This document shows positions 61,355 to 64,000 of a DNA stretch of 64,000 nt, piece after piece (the first letter of the stretch is position 1; every line of letters starts with the position of its first letter). Source of the stretch: Chara braunii. Lineage: Eukaryota; Plantae; Charophyceae. A model generated the notes under the pieces. That model searched no databases. It worked only from the letters and a program-made list of their open reading frames with translations, and had not been told where the DNA came from. The stretch is taken from positions 1,361,617 through 1,425,616 of the forward strand of contig BFEA01000029.1 in the NCBI GenBank assembly GCA_003427395.1, read 5' to 3'. Both the position numbers and the translations under genes were made by a program.

Positions 61355-62287
61355 CTTGTGAAAGCGAAAGGTCGCAAAGATGATTACATGAACGGAAGCG
61401 ACGGAAGCGGTCTCGTCTCTCTAAGCACGTGCGCAGCAATCCCCTCGGCTTCCTGTTGCCGCAGTAGGAAAGTCACTTGCCTCACCGGTGTAAACGTACA
61501 AAAGCAAATGACAAAGCTCCGCGAAAAACAAGTGAGAGCACCTCTGAAACCACTGTTGAGTCGGAAGTCGCGGCGACCTCCGGGTCATAGAAAGTAGCGG
61601 GAAGTCCAAAATATTTTCAAATTTTGTCGTCTTTCCCAAATTTTGTAACTGCAACGTCTTCCCGTCATCCCGCCCGCGCCAGATTTCCGCTTGCAAGCAG
61701 TCCCTTTCCGCGAATACTGTGGCTTACCCGGGAAAGACAAAATTTTTATTTATTTTGGTTTTCCCGCTGCAAAACTCAACGGCCTGTGTCGGTGTCTCCT
61801 CTCAGGTTTGCTCGCCCCTTTCCTCTGAGGCGGGACTGTAACGAAAGAATCGGGGGAAAAATAACATTTTCACTTATTTTTATTTTCTCGCTACAAAACT
61901 CAACGGCTTGGGGCGGAACTTTTCTCGCTAAACCGGAACGTTCTTTGAATTTTACGAATATTTCGAACTTCCCGCTGGAGAACTCTTCAGCTTCCTTGGC
62001 TCCGTCGCGCACTTTCACTACAAGACGGAGCTGTTCACGAAAGAATCAAGGGGGAAAACAAAATTTTCACTTATTTTAGTTTCCCGGCTACACGACCGTT
62101 GGTTAAGGAAACTAAAGAGTTTTGTGGGGGGACGACCGAAATGTTCGTAAAATTCAAAGCTCGTACTCGTTTTGCAGAAAAACGTCGGCCCTCTTTCGCG
62201 CCAAGAGGCTCAGTATAGGCGCGGGCGCGAAGAACGACCAAGTTCTGTCGTCCAGCCTTTCTTCGATTTGTGCTCCACTCACTTGAC

Positions 62288-64000
62288 CGTTAGGACCCAC
62301 CGCTAAAGGGGTCCAAAGATTAAAAAGGGGTTTAGATTCTCACTTGTGGGTGGTCAAATTCATTTCGGGGTGCGAAGAAGGATCTTGGGGTTAGGACCCA
62401 CCGCTAAAGGGGTCCAAATATTACAACGGGGGTCGGATTCTCACTTCGAGGGGGTTAAACTAATTTCGAAGTGCCAAGAATGTCGTGGTGGTTAGGACCC
62501 ACCGCTAAAGGTGTCCAAAAATTGCAAAGGGGGTCGGATTCTCACTTAAGGGGGTTGTAATTAATTTCGGAGTGTGAAGAATGACGATCGGGTCCAAAAA
62601 TTATAAAGGGGGACGGAAGGGGGAGTCAAATTAATTTCGGGGCGCCAAGAATACCCTGGCGGTTAGCACCCACCGCTAAAGGGATCCAAAAATTAAAAAG
62701 GGGGGGGCTCTCACTTAAGGGGGTTCAAATTAATTTCGGGGTGTCAAGAACGCCCTGGTGGTTAGGACCCACCGTTCTAGGGGTCCAAAAATTATAAAGG
62801 GGGTCAGATTCTCATATAAAGGGGGTCAAATTAATTTTGGGGTGCCAAGAATACCCTGGCCGTTAGGACCAATCGCTAAAGGGGTCCAAAAATTAAAAAG
62901 GGGGTCGGATTCTCACTTAAAGGGGGTCAAATTAACTTCGAGGTGCCAAGAATGCCCTGGCGGTCAACATCCACCGCTAAAGGGGTCCAAAAATTATAAA
63001 GGGGGTCAGATTTTCACTTTAGGGAGGTCAAATTAATTTCGGTGTGCCAAGAATGCCTTGGCAATGAGGACCCAGCCAAAGGGGTCCAAAAATTATAAAG
63101 GGGGTCGGATTTCAACTTAAGGGGGGTCAAATTAATTTTGGGGTGCCAAGAATCTCCTGGCAGTAAGAACCCACCGCCACAGGGGTCCAAAAATTATAAA
63201 GGGCGTCGGATTTTCACTTAAGGGCGGTCAAATTAATTTTGGGGTGCCAAGAATGCCCTGGCGGTTAGGACCGACCGCTCTAGGGGTCCAAAGATTGTAA
63301 AGGGGGTCGGATTCTCACTTAAGGGGGGTCCAATTAATTTCGGGGTGTGAAGAAAAGCCTGGGGGTTTGGAACCACCGCTAAAGGGGTTCAAAATTTATA
63401 AATCGGGTCGGATTTCAACTTAAGGGGGGTCAAATTAATTTCAGGGTGCCAAGAATGCCCTGGCGGTTAGCAGTCACCGCTAAAGGGGTCCAAAAATTAT
63501 AAAGGGGGTCGGATTTTAACTTAAGGAGATTCAAATTAATTTCGGGGTGCCAAGAATACCCTGGCGTTAACAACCACCGCTAAAGGGGTCCAAAAATTAT
63601 AAAGGCGGTAAGATTTCAACTTACAGGGGGTCAAATTAATTTTGGGGTGCCAAGAATACCCTGGCTGTTAGGACCCACCGCTACAGGGGTCCAAAAATTA
63701 TAAAGGGGGTCGGATTCTCACTTAAGGGGGGTCAAATTACTTTCGGGGTGCCAAAAATACCCTACCGGTTAGCACCCACCGCTAAAGGGGTCAAAAAATT
63801 GTAAAGGGGGTTAGATTTCAACTTAAGCGGGGTCAAATTAATTTCGGGGTGCCAAGAATACCCTGGCGGTTAACACCCACCGCCAAAGGGGTTCAAAAAT
63901 TATAAAGGCGGTAAGATTTCAACTTAAGGGGGGTCAAATTAATTTCGGGGTGCCAAAAATACCCTGGCGGTTAGGACCCACCACTACAGGGGTCCAATAA
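62288..64000. repeat. ~101-bp tandem array (about 17 units, runs off the window)
   Basis: Unit TTAGGACCCACCGCTAAAGGGGTCCAAAAATTATAAAGGGGGTCGGATTCTCACTTAAGGGGGGTCAAATTAATTTCGGGGTGCCAAGAATGCCCTGGCGG, recurring at 62290, 62391, 62492 ... 63870, 63971. Confidence 0.97.

Larger units (their letters stand above)
55553..62287 (-). mobile_element. Putative Sola1-like (DUF7869-type) DNA transposon, one TTAA-flanked end visible
   Basis: TTAA|ACCACCAGTACCTGGCCCAGCTATCG at 55549 has no nearby closing TIR. Internal repeats and a transposase gene follow. The far end is not found in the window. Confidence 0.6.

Noticed and set aside
62288-64000. CRISPR array
   Set aside because: Whole units repeat with no unique spacers, there are no cas genes, and the context is eukaryotic. 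The same applies to 38191-38307 and 56573-57185.

Overview
Eukaryotic, repeat-rich nuclear DNA from the green plant lineage: the snRNAs and mitochondrial SSU fragment are plant-type, and the multi-kb introns suggest a charophyte-like alga (inference). It is a draft assembly with N gaps and two Nextera mate-pair junction adapters left in. One host gene is reconstructable: an RCC1/UVR8-type beta-propeller gene on + that resembles Arabidopsis At5g16040/At3g02510 as recalled. It has 12 well-supported exons (21637-44093) and a probable first exon at 7558-7751, giving about 599 aa. Its introns and flanks hold many small mobile elements: at least six U6 and two U2 snRNA retrocopies (several with A-rich tails and target-site duplications), tRNA-headed SINE-like elements, four MITE classes (TA, TTAA, 8-bp and TAA TSDs), a decayed LINE and a mitochondrial rRNA insertion. 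The right end carries a decayed Sola1-like/DUF7869-type DNA transposase gene on -, downstream of which lies a TTAA-flanked end matching the window's TTAA MITEs. A ~101-bp tandem array runs off the window edge. The strongest leads are the dense snRNA retrocopies, the TTAA transposase plus MITE family, and a terminally redundant tRNA-headed element. Family assignments come from motif recognition only; no searches were run.
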